Positions 36,670 through 44,108 of a stretch of DNA of 44,108 nucleotides are shown in pieces. The first letter of the stretch is position 1. Every line of letters starts with the position of its first letter. This stretch comes from Candidatus Omnitrophota bacterium (GTDB taxonomy: Bacteria; Omnitrophota; Omnitrophia; Omnitrophales; Aquincolibacteriaceae), in assembly GCA_043803685.1 (NCBI GenBank), contig JAZDJU010000085.1:1-44108 (forward strand). Direction: 5' to 3'. The notes below the pieces were generated by a model. It did no database searches, was not told the origin of the DNA, and saw nothing but the letters and a program-made list of their open reading frames with translations. Both the position numbers and the translations under genes were made by a program.

Positions 36670-37119
36670 TCAGGATATCCCGCCCGATTTTAGGAGTTGC
36701 TCCAGAAACGAGGCCACGAAGGTGGTGATCGCGATCGCCAAAAACGCGATCAGAATAACGCCGAGGGTCGAAAGAACTTTCGCGCGATTCGAGAACTTCC
36801 GGCTTTGCCACAAGAGAGGTATAGCGAAGGGACCGACCAAAAGCAGCATGACGATCACATAGGGAACGCTATCGCCCGCAAAAGTCCGCGACTTGCCCGA
36901 AGCGGTCTGGAAAGCGTCCATGGTCGAAGGGATCATCACGGTCAAATAAATGATCCCCATAAAAAAACAGGCGATCGCCGTATGACTAATGAGCAAGCTC
37001 ACCCACACACCGGCCGCCATACACATAAGCGTCCATCCCTTGGCGCGCTCCCCTAGATAAATTTGCCCAAGACCCGGAAAGAGCACTGAATAAAGGAGGG
37101 CGAAACGCGGATCTTTCAT
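36670..37119 (-). CDS. Hypothetical membrane protein with PGLGQ motif
   Basis: SVLFPGLGQIYLG; about 5 TMs; ATGA-coupled to the PDZ gene. Confidence 0.7.
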   Translation of the reverse strand: MKDPRFALLYSVLFPGLGQIYLGERAKGWTLMCMAAGVWVSLLISHTAIACFFMGIIYLTVMIPSTMDAFQTASGKSRTFAGDSVPYVIVMLLLVGPFAIPLLWQSRKFSNRAKVLSTLGVILIAFLAIAITTFVASFLEQLLKSGGIS

Positions 37120-38147
37120 GCGGGAGTAGGATGGCTCACCGGCAAGATCCTTTTTTCGAGAAGCTTGCCACCCCTCTCAACCTGAAACGCCTGAGCCTCT
37201 CCGTCTTTTTGGGCCAGAATGGCCCTGTAATAGTGCTCCCAGGTGTCGAGCAGGACATCATTCTGTTTGAGCAGGATATCCCCCGGCAAAAACCCTTCTT
37301 TATCTGCAGGAGAAGCGGCGCGCACGCTCATGACCACAAATTGCAGGGCCTTAGGATCCCGTTCGACCCGAAATCCGAAATGCGGCGCATCGGGATTCAA
37401 AAAAAAGATCCTAATGGGCAGTTCCAGTTCCCCCTCTTGTCGAAGCACTGTGAATTTCTTGAGAGATTCGCCCGGAATGTTCAGAAAGAAACCAAAGAGA
37501 TTCCCCGGCGTCACTTCCTCGCCCGCGATCTTTAAAAGGACATCGCCGTTACGCAGCCCCTGCTCATAGGCAAGCGTCGACGCGTCGGCTCCGGCAATAA
37601 AATAATGCGCCGTCTTGTCATCATAGTGAAGGTCGCAGCCGAGGATCACGCTCTTGAGCGCCGGGAATTTCTTCTCAACGAGGCGCTCATGGATATTCTT
37701 GCCGAGAAATCCTTCGAACCTGCCGCGGGAACCATCCCTCTTCCGGAATCCTTTGGAAGAAAGGCCGGTCTTCCTTTTAAAAAAAGCACGGATCCCCACG
37801 ACCGTCATGGCCGGATCTTTTTCGACCACGCCGATCTCAAGCGCGCAAAACCCGCTCGAAGAAAAACTCGGGGCCTTGGCCCATTCTTTATATTCCTTTT
37901 TATATAAAGGAAATGTCGCAGACTGGATATATCCCCGGGCCTTGTCGACTGTGCCAAGCGGGATCTTTTCAGCCTCTAGCGTCGCCAGCGTGGCATTCCA
38001 AACTTCTTCGAAATTTCCCGGGAGCGGGAACGATCGACCTTCGGACTTTGAGGAGGAAAGGGAAAAGCCGGAGCAAAGCAGGCATAAAAAAAGCAGGCCG
38101 CAGAATTTCCACGGCCTGCTTTTTCTAAAAGAAAGAACGAGCTTCAA
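37116..38147 (-). CDS. Exported protein with two PDZ-like domains
   Basis: Signal peptide; AYEQGLRNGDVLLKI and SPADKEGFLPGDILLK PDZ motifs. Confidence 0.75.
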   Translation of the reverse strand: MKLVLSFRKSRPWKFCGLLFLCLLCSGFSLSSSKSEGRSFPLPGNFEEVWNATLATLEAEKIPLGTVDKARGYIQSATFPLYKKEYKEWAKAPSFSSSGFCALEIGVVEKDPAMTVVGIRAFFKRKTGLSSKGFRKRDGSRGRFEGFLGKNIHERLVEKKFPALKSVILGCDLHYDDKTAHYFIAGADASTLAYEQGLRNGDVLLKIAGEEVTPGNLFGFFLNIPGESLKKFTVLRQEGELELPIRIFFLNPDAPHFGFRVERDPKALQFVVMSVRAASPADKEGFLPGDILLKQNDVLLDTWEHYYRAILAQKDGEAQAFQVERGGKLLEKRILPVSHPTPA

Positions 38148-38151
38148 CGAA

Positions 38152-38529
38152 TTAACGCTCGAGCGTCTGGCCCTTCATCGCCACTTCAGGTCCCACCGGC
38201 ACCTTGAGGTAGGCATCCGAAGCGCTCCAGATATGGTTGAACATCAGGATCCCGATACCAACCCAGATCACGGGATAGCCCACGAGGGTCCCGAGCAGGA
38301 TCGTGGTCACAATACCACCGATCTCGAGCACGATCATGGCGCCGGTCTTGAACTTGCCGCCCTTGGTGTCCATTTCGTTGTTCAGATATTGTCCCCAGCC
38401 AGGAAGAACCAACGAAGCTGCGCCCCGCGTCAGGCTCTTGTCTGAATTGCTCTCTTCGGCATAAGCCGTACCCGTAACAGCCATGCACATGGCCGCTACG
38501 ATCATAATGCTGACGATCTTCTTGAACAT
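38152..38529 (-). CDS. Hypothetical membrane protein with PGWGQ motif
   Basis: Signal peptide ending AYA; SLVLPGWGQ; HIWSASDAY; GGGAGG SD before ATG 38529. Confidence 0.7.
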   Translation of the reverse strand: MFKKIVSIMIVAAMCMAVTGTAYAEESNSDKSLTRGAASLVLPGWGQYLNNEMDTKGGKFKTGAMIVLEIGGIVTTILLGTLVGYPVIWVGIGILMFNHIWSASDAYLKVPVGPEVAMKGQTLER

Positions 38530-38651
38530 AACCCCTCCCCTGTTGTTATTTTTTATGACGCCTATGATTATCGACATTTTCCGGAAAATTTTAATTGCCG
38601 GAGAGACTGACGTCAACCGTCAAACTCCGGTCAAATCCAGACCTTGCAGGC

Positions 38652-40619
38652 CTATTTGCTCGGCGTGAGGCCGAATGTAAAACCGGACTTCACCTTGGCG
38701 ATGAGCTCCGGGAGCACTTCGCGGAAATCGCGAACGATCCCGAAATCCGCGTGACGAAAGATCGCGGCCTGAGGGTCCTGGTTGATCGCGATGATCTTGC
38801 CGGATTCTTTCATTCCCGCGAGATGCTGAATGGCGCCGGAGATCGCGACGGCGATATAGATCTTCGGGCGAACGGTCTTTCCAGTCTGTCCAACCTGCCG
38901 GGCATAAGGCGCATAACCGTTGTCCACCGCGTGGCGGCTTGCGCCCCAATCCGCGTTAATGCCTTGATCCTGCAGGGCTTTCGCGAGCTCCTGGATCAAC
39001 TTGAAATCGTCATGATCTCCGGCTGGGCGCCCCCCAGAAATAATAATATCCGCCACAAAGAGATTATCGCCGCCGCCCGCTTCGCGCTTGACCTCGAGCA
39101 CCTCCACCGAAAAATCGCTGTCCCTGAAAATAGGCGTAAAATCACGAACCGCTCCTTTGCGACTCGGATCTTTTGGCAATATTTTAAAGGTCCCGGCACG
39201 CGCGGTCGCCATCTGCGGACACCAGAAGCCAATGATGGTCGCGAGCTTGCTCTCCCCGTAAGTCGGACGGATGGACTCCAAGCAAGGATACATGATCGCT
39301 TTTTTAATGCGGTGCACGTATTCCCCCACCTTGAGGCTCGTGCAGTCCGCCGTGACGCCCGCTTTTACGCGGCTTGCGAGCCTCGGCGCGAGTTCACGCC
39401 CCGAGGTCGTGGCTCCGAAAAGCGCGATCTCAGGACGTTTGTGTTCGATCCATTGCGCGAGAACCGCCGTCACTGGAAGGATCCGGTATTCTTTGAGCCG
39501 CGGGTCATCCACCAACACAACCTCATCCGCGCCTTGCGCGATGATCTCAGCCGCCACGTTCTTGATGTTGTGACCGGTCACTACCGCGGTGACCTGGGTC
39601 TGGAGCTGATCCGCCAGTTTCCGGGCGGGATTCAGGATCTCTAGCGAGGAACGCGCCGGCGTCTGGCCATGCATTTCGATCCACGTAAGGATGCCTCGCG
39701 CGCCATTGCGAAAATCGACTCTCGGGAAATCCACATCCGCTTTTGCTTTTTCTCCGGCCACGCCTTTTTCATCACCAACCCCAGCATGCGCCCCATGACC
39801 TACGCCGATTGCGTCCTTGATCTTTTCGATCTCAGAGACAAGGGTCTCCGCAAGGTCCTTGGGTTCATGACCCGAGATCATGTTGACCGGCGGTCTGTCC
39901 TTCTGAATATCCACAACTTTTGAAACGAGCGTCGGCGATCCGCTGAGACCGACCACACTTACGTCCGCCCCTGTCTGATCGAGCGTCCAAACCTCCGTTT
40001 TTGTGTTCTTCGCGCGAATAGCTCCTTTGAGAGACGGTCGACGCGCCGGGGTTGCAGTGGGAGCGATGGAAATCAAACACGGGATAGGCACTTTGAGGAC
40101 TTGAAATCCACCTTCGATGATGCGGCGGACCTTCAAATGATCTTTTTTGTACTCTACTTTTTCAACGAAAGTCGCCTGAGGGATCCCGAGGTTTTCGGCT
40201 GTCTGGGAAGGCACGTGCGCCGTATCCCCATCGGTCGTTTGGCGTCCTGAGAAAATGATAAAGGGATCTTTGCTTTCTTTGGAAAAACCGAGTTTCTTAA
40301 GAAGCGTGGAAATCGCATAACCGGTGGCGAACGTGTCAGACCCTCCAAGCTTCCGGTCCGAGAGCAGAACGGCCCGGTCGTAGCCCATGGCGAGAGCTTT
40401 CTTAAGGGACTGCTCAAAACTCGGCGGTCCCATCGAGACTACGATCAATTCCGCGTCTGGAACGCTCTTTTTAAGCTGGAGCCCCTGCTCGAGGCCGAAC
40501 GTGCAGTCCGCGTTGATCGAAGATTTCGCCTTGGTGCGGTCCATCAGCCCGTCCGCGCCCATCCGCATCTCGGTTGGGAGTGGCACCTGCTTCATGATCG
40601 TAATGATCTTTAAGCCCAT
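38652..40619 (-). CDS. Fused electron transfer flavoprotein beta-alpha (FixA-FixB-like)
   Basis: N-terminal EtfB (KQVP, SMGPP, SDTFAT, GRQTTDGDTAHV, GLSGSPT); C-terminal EtfA (TADCT, QVGQTGKTVRP, ISGAIQHLAGM, AINQDPQAAIF). Confidence 0.9.
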   Translation of the reverse strand: MGLKIITIMKQVPLPTEMRMGADGLMDRTKAKSSINADCTFGLEQGLQLKKSVPDAELIVVSMGPPSFEQSLKKALAMGYDRAVLLSDRKLGGSDTFATGYAISTLLKKLGFSKESKDPFIIFSGRQTTDGDTAHVPSQTAENLGIPQATFVEKVEYKKDHLKVRRIIEGGFQVLKVPIPCLISIAPTATPARRPSLKGAIRAKNTKTEVWTLDQTGADVSVVGLSGSPTLVSKVVDIQKDRPPVNMISGHEPKDLAETLVSEIEKIKDAIGVGHGAHAGVGDEKGVAGEKAKADVDFPRVDFRNGARGILTWIEMHGQTPARSSLEILNPARKLADQLQTQVTAVVTGHNIKNVAAEIIAQGADEVVLVDDPRLKEYRILPVTAVLAQWIEHKRPEIALFGATTSGRELAPRLASRVKAGVTADCTSLKVGEYVHRIKKAIMYPCLESIRPTYGESKLATIIGFWCPQMATARAGTFKILPKDPSRKGAVRDFTPIFRDSDFSVEVLEVKREAGGGDNLFVADIIISGGRPAGDHDDFKLIQELAKALQDQGINADWGASRHAVDNGYAPYARQVGQTGKTVRPKIYIAVAISGAIQHLAGMKESGKIIAINQDPQAAIFRHADFGIVRDFREVLPELIAKVKSGFTFGLTPSK

Positions 40620-40631
40620 ATCGAAACCTTA

Positions 40632-40697
40632 AGTTTTGAGTCCTGAGTTCGTAGTCTGGAGTAAAAACTCAAAACTCCGAACTCCTAACTCATGACT
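40632..40697. repeat. Mirror-oriented 7-bp periodic repeat: (AGTnnnn)5 (ACTnnnn)5
   Basis: AGT at 40632, 40639, 40646, 40653, 40660; ACT at 40667, 40674, 40681, 40688, 40695. Confidence 0.78.
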
Positions 40698-40700
40698 GTT

Positions 40701-42365
40701 TTACAAATTCTCATATTCCGGACCATCGCCCCCGTAGGGCACGGCCCATTCAATGTTCCCAAATGGATCTTTGATGTCGCAGGTCTTGCAATGCACGCAA
40801 TTCGCCGGATGCAAATGCAGGTCTTTTTTCCCGGTCTTCGGATCCGTCACGATCTCGTAAACTTCCGCGGGACAAAAAGACTGGCACGGCCCGCCGTATT
40901 TCGGAATGCAAACGTTCCGGCAAAGATTGAGGTCGAGCACGCGAAGATGACAGGGTTGTTCCTCATCATGTTTGGAACCCGAGAAAAAAACATCGGTCAC
41001 CTTGTCAAAGGTTAGCTGCTTGTCAAAGACCAGTTCTTTTTCGAACTTTTTCGCAAAGGGGGTCTTAACGTCAGAAAGCTTCCGGTAGCAGGCCGCATCT
41101 TCATGCGTTTTCATCTTCCCCGATGGCATCAGTCCGCGTCCCCCGGTCAGGATCTGCGTCGCGAAATGGAACGCTCCCAGGATCATGCCGTATCCGAACC
41201 CAGCCCGGAAATTACGCGTGCGGACAAGCGTCTTGAAGCCAGCGCTTTTCTTGAACAACGCTTCATAGAGACCGAGTTGCTTCGCCGAAAAATCATTTTC
41301 CTTCAAAGCCTCGAACGCGGACTTCGCGGCCAGCATCCCCGACTCGATCGCGAGATGGACGCCTTTCAAGCTCGGCATACTGAGAAAGCCGGCGGAATCT
41401 CCGACGATCATGACGCCGTCGTAATAAAGCTTCGGAAGCGAAAAAAGCCCCCCTTCCGGGATCGTCTTGGCGCCATACCGCATGAGTTTTCCCTTTTCAA
41501 GGATCTTCGCGATCAAGGGATGTTTTTTATAGAGCTGAAGGGCCGCGTGGGAATCGAACGTCGCGTCTTTGTAATCGAGGCCGGCCGCAATCCCAACCAC
41601 GACCTGGCGCCCGTTGAGACCATACACAAAACCGCCGCCAAAATGATTGAAGGCGAAAGGAAAACCGAGCGTGTGCATGATCCGTCCGGCTTCGAAAGTT
41701 CCCTCCGGAAGGTCCCAAAGCTCCTTGACCCCGGTGGAATAGACTTGAGGGTTGCTTTGCTCGCCTAATTTTAATTTTTGGCAAAGGGCCTTCGTCAAAC
41801 TGCCGCGGGGCCCCTCGGCCAGAATTGTGATCTTGGCGCGGATCTCGTTACCAGCCTGGAAATTATCCATCGGATGCCCATGCTTATCCACACCCGTATC
41901 AATCGTTTTCGCCCCGATCACACGACCATTCTCATAGAGCATTTCGGAAACGCTGAACCCTGGGTAGACTTGAATGCCTTTCTTTTCCGCGACTTCGGCG
42001 AGCCACCGGGTCATTTTTCCAAGCGAAACTACGGAGTTCCCGTGATTTCCCATAAACGGTGGTGTGTAGGGAGCCTTCAGAGCGAGCTTCGCGGTCAGAA
42101 AATAAAAACCTTCCTTCGTAACGGGAGATTCGAAAGGAAAATCCTTGGGATCGATCCCGGGAAGAAGTTCTTTGAGCGTGGACGGATCGATCACAGCGCC
42201 GGAGAGGGTGTGACTTCCGATGGAACTACCTTTCTCAAGGACCAAGATGTTGGGCTTCTTCTCGGAGGCCGCAGTCAGGTCTGCGAGATGGATGGCGGTC
42301 GCGAGGCCGGCGACTCCGCCTCCGACGATCAGAATGTCCGTATCAATGAATTCGGATTTCGACAT
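40701..42365 (-). CDS. ETF-quinone oxidoreductase
   Basis: GGGVAG FAD site, HTLSGA, GVKELW, KGVHLAI; C-terminal FCPAEVYE...NCVHCKTCDIKDP 4Fe-4S motif. Confidence 0.93.
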   Translation of the reverse strand: MSKSEFIDTDILIVGGGVAGLATAIHLADLTAASEKKPNILVLEKGSSIGSHTLSGAVIDPSTLKELLPGIDPKDFPFESPVTKEGFYFLTAKLALKAPYTPPFMGNHGNSVVSLGKMTRWLAEVAEKKGIQVYPGFSVSEMLYENGRVIGAKTIDTGVDKHGHPMDNFQAGNEIRAKITILAEGPRGSLTKALCQKLKLGEQSNPQVYSTGVKELWDLPEGTFEAGRIMHTLGFPFAFNHFGGGFVYGLNGRQVVVGIAAGLDYKDATFDSHAALQLYKKHPLIAKILEKGKLMRYGAKTIPEGGLFSLPKLYYDGVMIVGDSAGFLSMPSLKGVHLAIESGMLAAKSAFEALKENDFSAKQLGLYEALFKKSAGFKTLVRTRNFRAGFGYGMILGAFHFATQILTGGRGLMPSGKMKTHEDAACYRKLSDVKTPFAKKFEKELVFDKQLTFDKVTDVFFSGSKHDEEQPCHLRVLDLNLCRNVCIPKYGGPCQSFCPAEVYEIVTDPKTGKKDLHLHPANCVHCKTCDIKDPFGNIEWAVPYGGDGPEYENL

Positions 42366-42466
42366 GTTGGAATAAGATCTCTTATAGAGAAGTTCAACAA
42401 CAGGAGCGGTATTTTAGCACAAACTTTTTCCAAAAAGATGGAAAAATACAATCTCTCCAGGAACTC

Positions 42467-43174
42467 TTAAAAACAAACTTTAAGGCTTGTTCCTAAAATA
42501 TTGAGCGCGGTCCATTTCGCAGCGGAATTCTTCGTGGATTGACGCAAATAGTAGACCGACCCATAGAATGGTCCCCACCAGTGGGTCTTGAATCCTGACG
42601 AAAAACGGTCTTCCACCATCCCGTTACGGGTCGTCTCGATAAAGATCTCATTAGACGTAAAAGGCTGGAATTCAAATCGCGTCCACTTCCAGGGAGCCGT
42701 CAGGGTCACCATATTCCGGTAACGCAAAGTATCTTTGGCCTTCTGCTTGAAATGAAACTCCAGCATATTGCGGTCTTCAAGGGAAAATCCTTTAAAAACA
42801 TATTGAGGAGTCGCGTAGATCCGCGGCACAGAATCCCAATACCACCGGTTGTGTTTCTCCTTATTGTTCCAGCGGGAGTTAATGATCTGCTCATATTCAG
42901 CGCCCAACAATAGATAAGAAGTCAGTTTATAGTCCGTCCCCACTCGAGTCTCTTCGTAGTAAAGTCCGTTGTGCTCCCGGAAGCGCAGTTCTTCCACGGC
43001 CCTTATTTTCCACTTCGGATTCATCTTTTTCTCAAGCTCGTAGGCATTCCAGATCGCAAAGTCCTCATCCTTAGCAGGAGAAGCGCCCCCCACCCCCTGA
43101 ACCAGCAGCAGGCCCGCGACAATAAAACAAGCAGCAGAAAAAAAACTCCGTCGATTTATACGATTTGAGATCAT
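42467..43174 (-). CDS. DUF2490-like outer-membrane beta-barrel protein
   Basis: Signal peptide; alternating beta-strand pattern; RNMLEF, RYRN, PFTSNEIF; C-terminal Phe. Confidence 0.75.
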   Translation of the reverse strand: MISNRINRRSFFSAACFIVAGLLLVQGVGGASPAKDEDFAIWNAYELEKKMNPKWKIRAVEELRFREHNGLYYEETRVGTDYKLTSYLLLGAEYEQIINSRWNNKEKHNRWYWDSVPRIYATPQYVFKGFSLEDRNMLEFHFKQKAKDTLRYRNMVTLTAPWKWTRFEFQPFTSNEIFIETTRNGMVEDRFSSGFKTHWWGPFYGSVYYLRQSTKNSAAKWTALNILGTSLKVCF

Positions 43175-43204
43175 GTGCTACCTCGCTTTGTTGTCAACCG
43201 CTAT

Positions 43205-43239
43205 AAAAAAAGCGGGCCGATCTTAAAAAATCAGCCCGC
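43205..43239 (-). terminator. Rho-independent terminator after the second etfA
   Basis: mRNA GCGGGCUGAU-loop-AUCGGCCCGC followed by U7. Confidence 0.8.
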
Positions 43240-43271
43240 CCTTGGACAGAGGCCATGATCATCTTTGCAAC

Positions 43272-44108
43272 TTAACCTTTGGCGAGAAGTTCGTTCACCT
43301 TGGTCATCACGGCAAAAGCATCGGCCACATAAAGCACATCGGCCTTGCCTTGAGCCCAGCCACAATTGGCGTCAGTGTTGATCGCGCGGCGCTCATTGAC
43401 GAAGCGCCAGCCGACCACGTGCGGCTCTTCCCCATGACAGCAGGTGGAAAGCCCCTTCGGATGACGCGGCGTGGAACCCGTCTGCCCGACCTGATTCAGA
43501 TGGCTCATAAAGGAAAGCACCGCCTCCCCTTCCGAACCCTGGTCGACGAGCGACTTACTGCTCCCGAGGGATGCCTTGGCGTATTTCAGGAAATCAAGAA
43601 TGTGTTTTTCGGCTTCTTTGGCATGGATCTGACCGTCCGCCTGTTTCTTGGTCCATCCCGCGCCCGCGACAAGCAGCACCGCCGCATCCGGTCGAATGGT
43701 CTGCGCATCCGCGGAAGGCGATTCAACGCCCGTCACTTTCGTGCGTTTTTCCTTATCGGTGACCGTGACCGTGACCACTTCCACTTTGGCCGAACCCTTA
43801 GCGCCCTGCCACGGCTGGAACACCCCGGAATCCACGGCGAGGATCCATGGCCGCGCCACGCGGGTCAAAGTCGCCATCATGCGCTGGCGATAATACCACC
43901 GCTGGATCTGAAGAACACCGTCCGTGAACTGAATACCGCTTATATGAGTGTCGATCGTGGCTTTTAAGCGAAAGGCCGCGCCTGGCAAGGCCCTTGAAAA
44001 ACGGGAGGTCGCCGGAGCGATGATGATCGTCGCGCCCGAAGCCGCTCCGATCGCTTCCAAAGCTTTGACGTCCGTCGCGTAACGCGAGGTCCCAAAATCC
44101 GCGCCGCT
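43272..44108 (-). CDS. Divergent electron transfer flavoprotein alpha subunit (FixB family); 5' end outside window
   Basis: Frame is open to the window end; LGSSKSLVD, QVGQTGSTP, RAINTDANC and ADVLYVADAF motifs. Confidence 0.82.
   Translation of the reverse strand, partial: SGADFGTSRYATDVKALEAIGAASGATIIIAPATSRFSRALPGAAFRLKATIDTHISGIQFTDGVLQIQRWYYRQRMMATLTRVARPWILAVDSGVFQPWQGAKGSAKVEVVTVTVTDKEKRTKVTGVESPSADAQTIRPDAAVLLVAGAGWTKKQADGQIHAKEAEKHILDFLKYAKASLGSSKSLVDQGSEGEAVLSFMSHLNQVGQTGSTPRHPKGLSTCCHGEEPHVVGWRFVNERRAINTDANCGWAQGKADVLYVADAFAVMTKVNELLAKG

Overview
A 44 kb stretch of ordinary bacterial chromosome, mostly minus-strand genes at moderately high GC. The gene content (PilT/PilU, PilE-like pilin, hldD, PPi-PFK, futalosine-type radical SAM, AsmA-like and DUF2490 envelope proteins) suggests a diderm, probably anaerobic lineage such as Omnitrophota/PVC; this is an inference. 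Housekeeping genes include htpX, pfp, prfC, era, trxA, nth, greA, mqnE-like, ispG, thiC, thiD, thrH, hldD and ETF/ETF-QO. The standout is a 14.1-17.4 kb surface/signalling locus. Its type IV pilin leader is interrupted by a perfect (AAGC)14 tract that puts the gene out of frame, consistent with slipped-strand phase variation currently OFF; any multiple of 3 units would restore MRRSK...G|FTLME. Just upstream, a CHASE2-GGDEF diguanylate cyclase is broken by a -1 frameshift at A_AAA_AAC, with a stand-alone receiver protein between the two genes. Other notable items: a candidate SD/AUG-sequestering RNA switch at the left edge; several families of dispersed palindromic repeats (one in-frame inside mqnE, a 40-bp element in two intergenic spacers, a CCCCGTTAGAG inverted-repeat family); mirror 7-bp periodic repeats; a BrnT-like toxin-antitoxin islet; an orphan RnfD-like gene coupled to a secreted superoxide-reductase-like protein; a degenerate AhbAB fusion; a fused EtfB-EtfA; and a probable non-canonical start for the dipeptide epimerase. 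I saw no rRNA, tRNA, CRISPR array, transposase or integrase.
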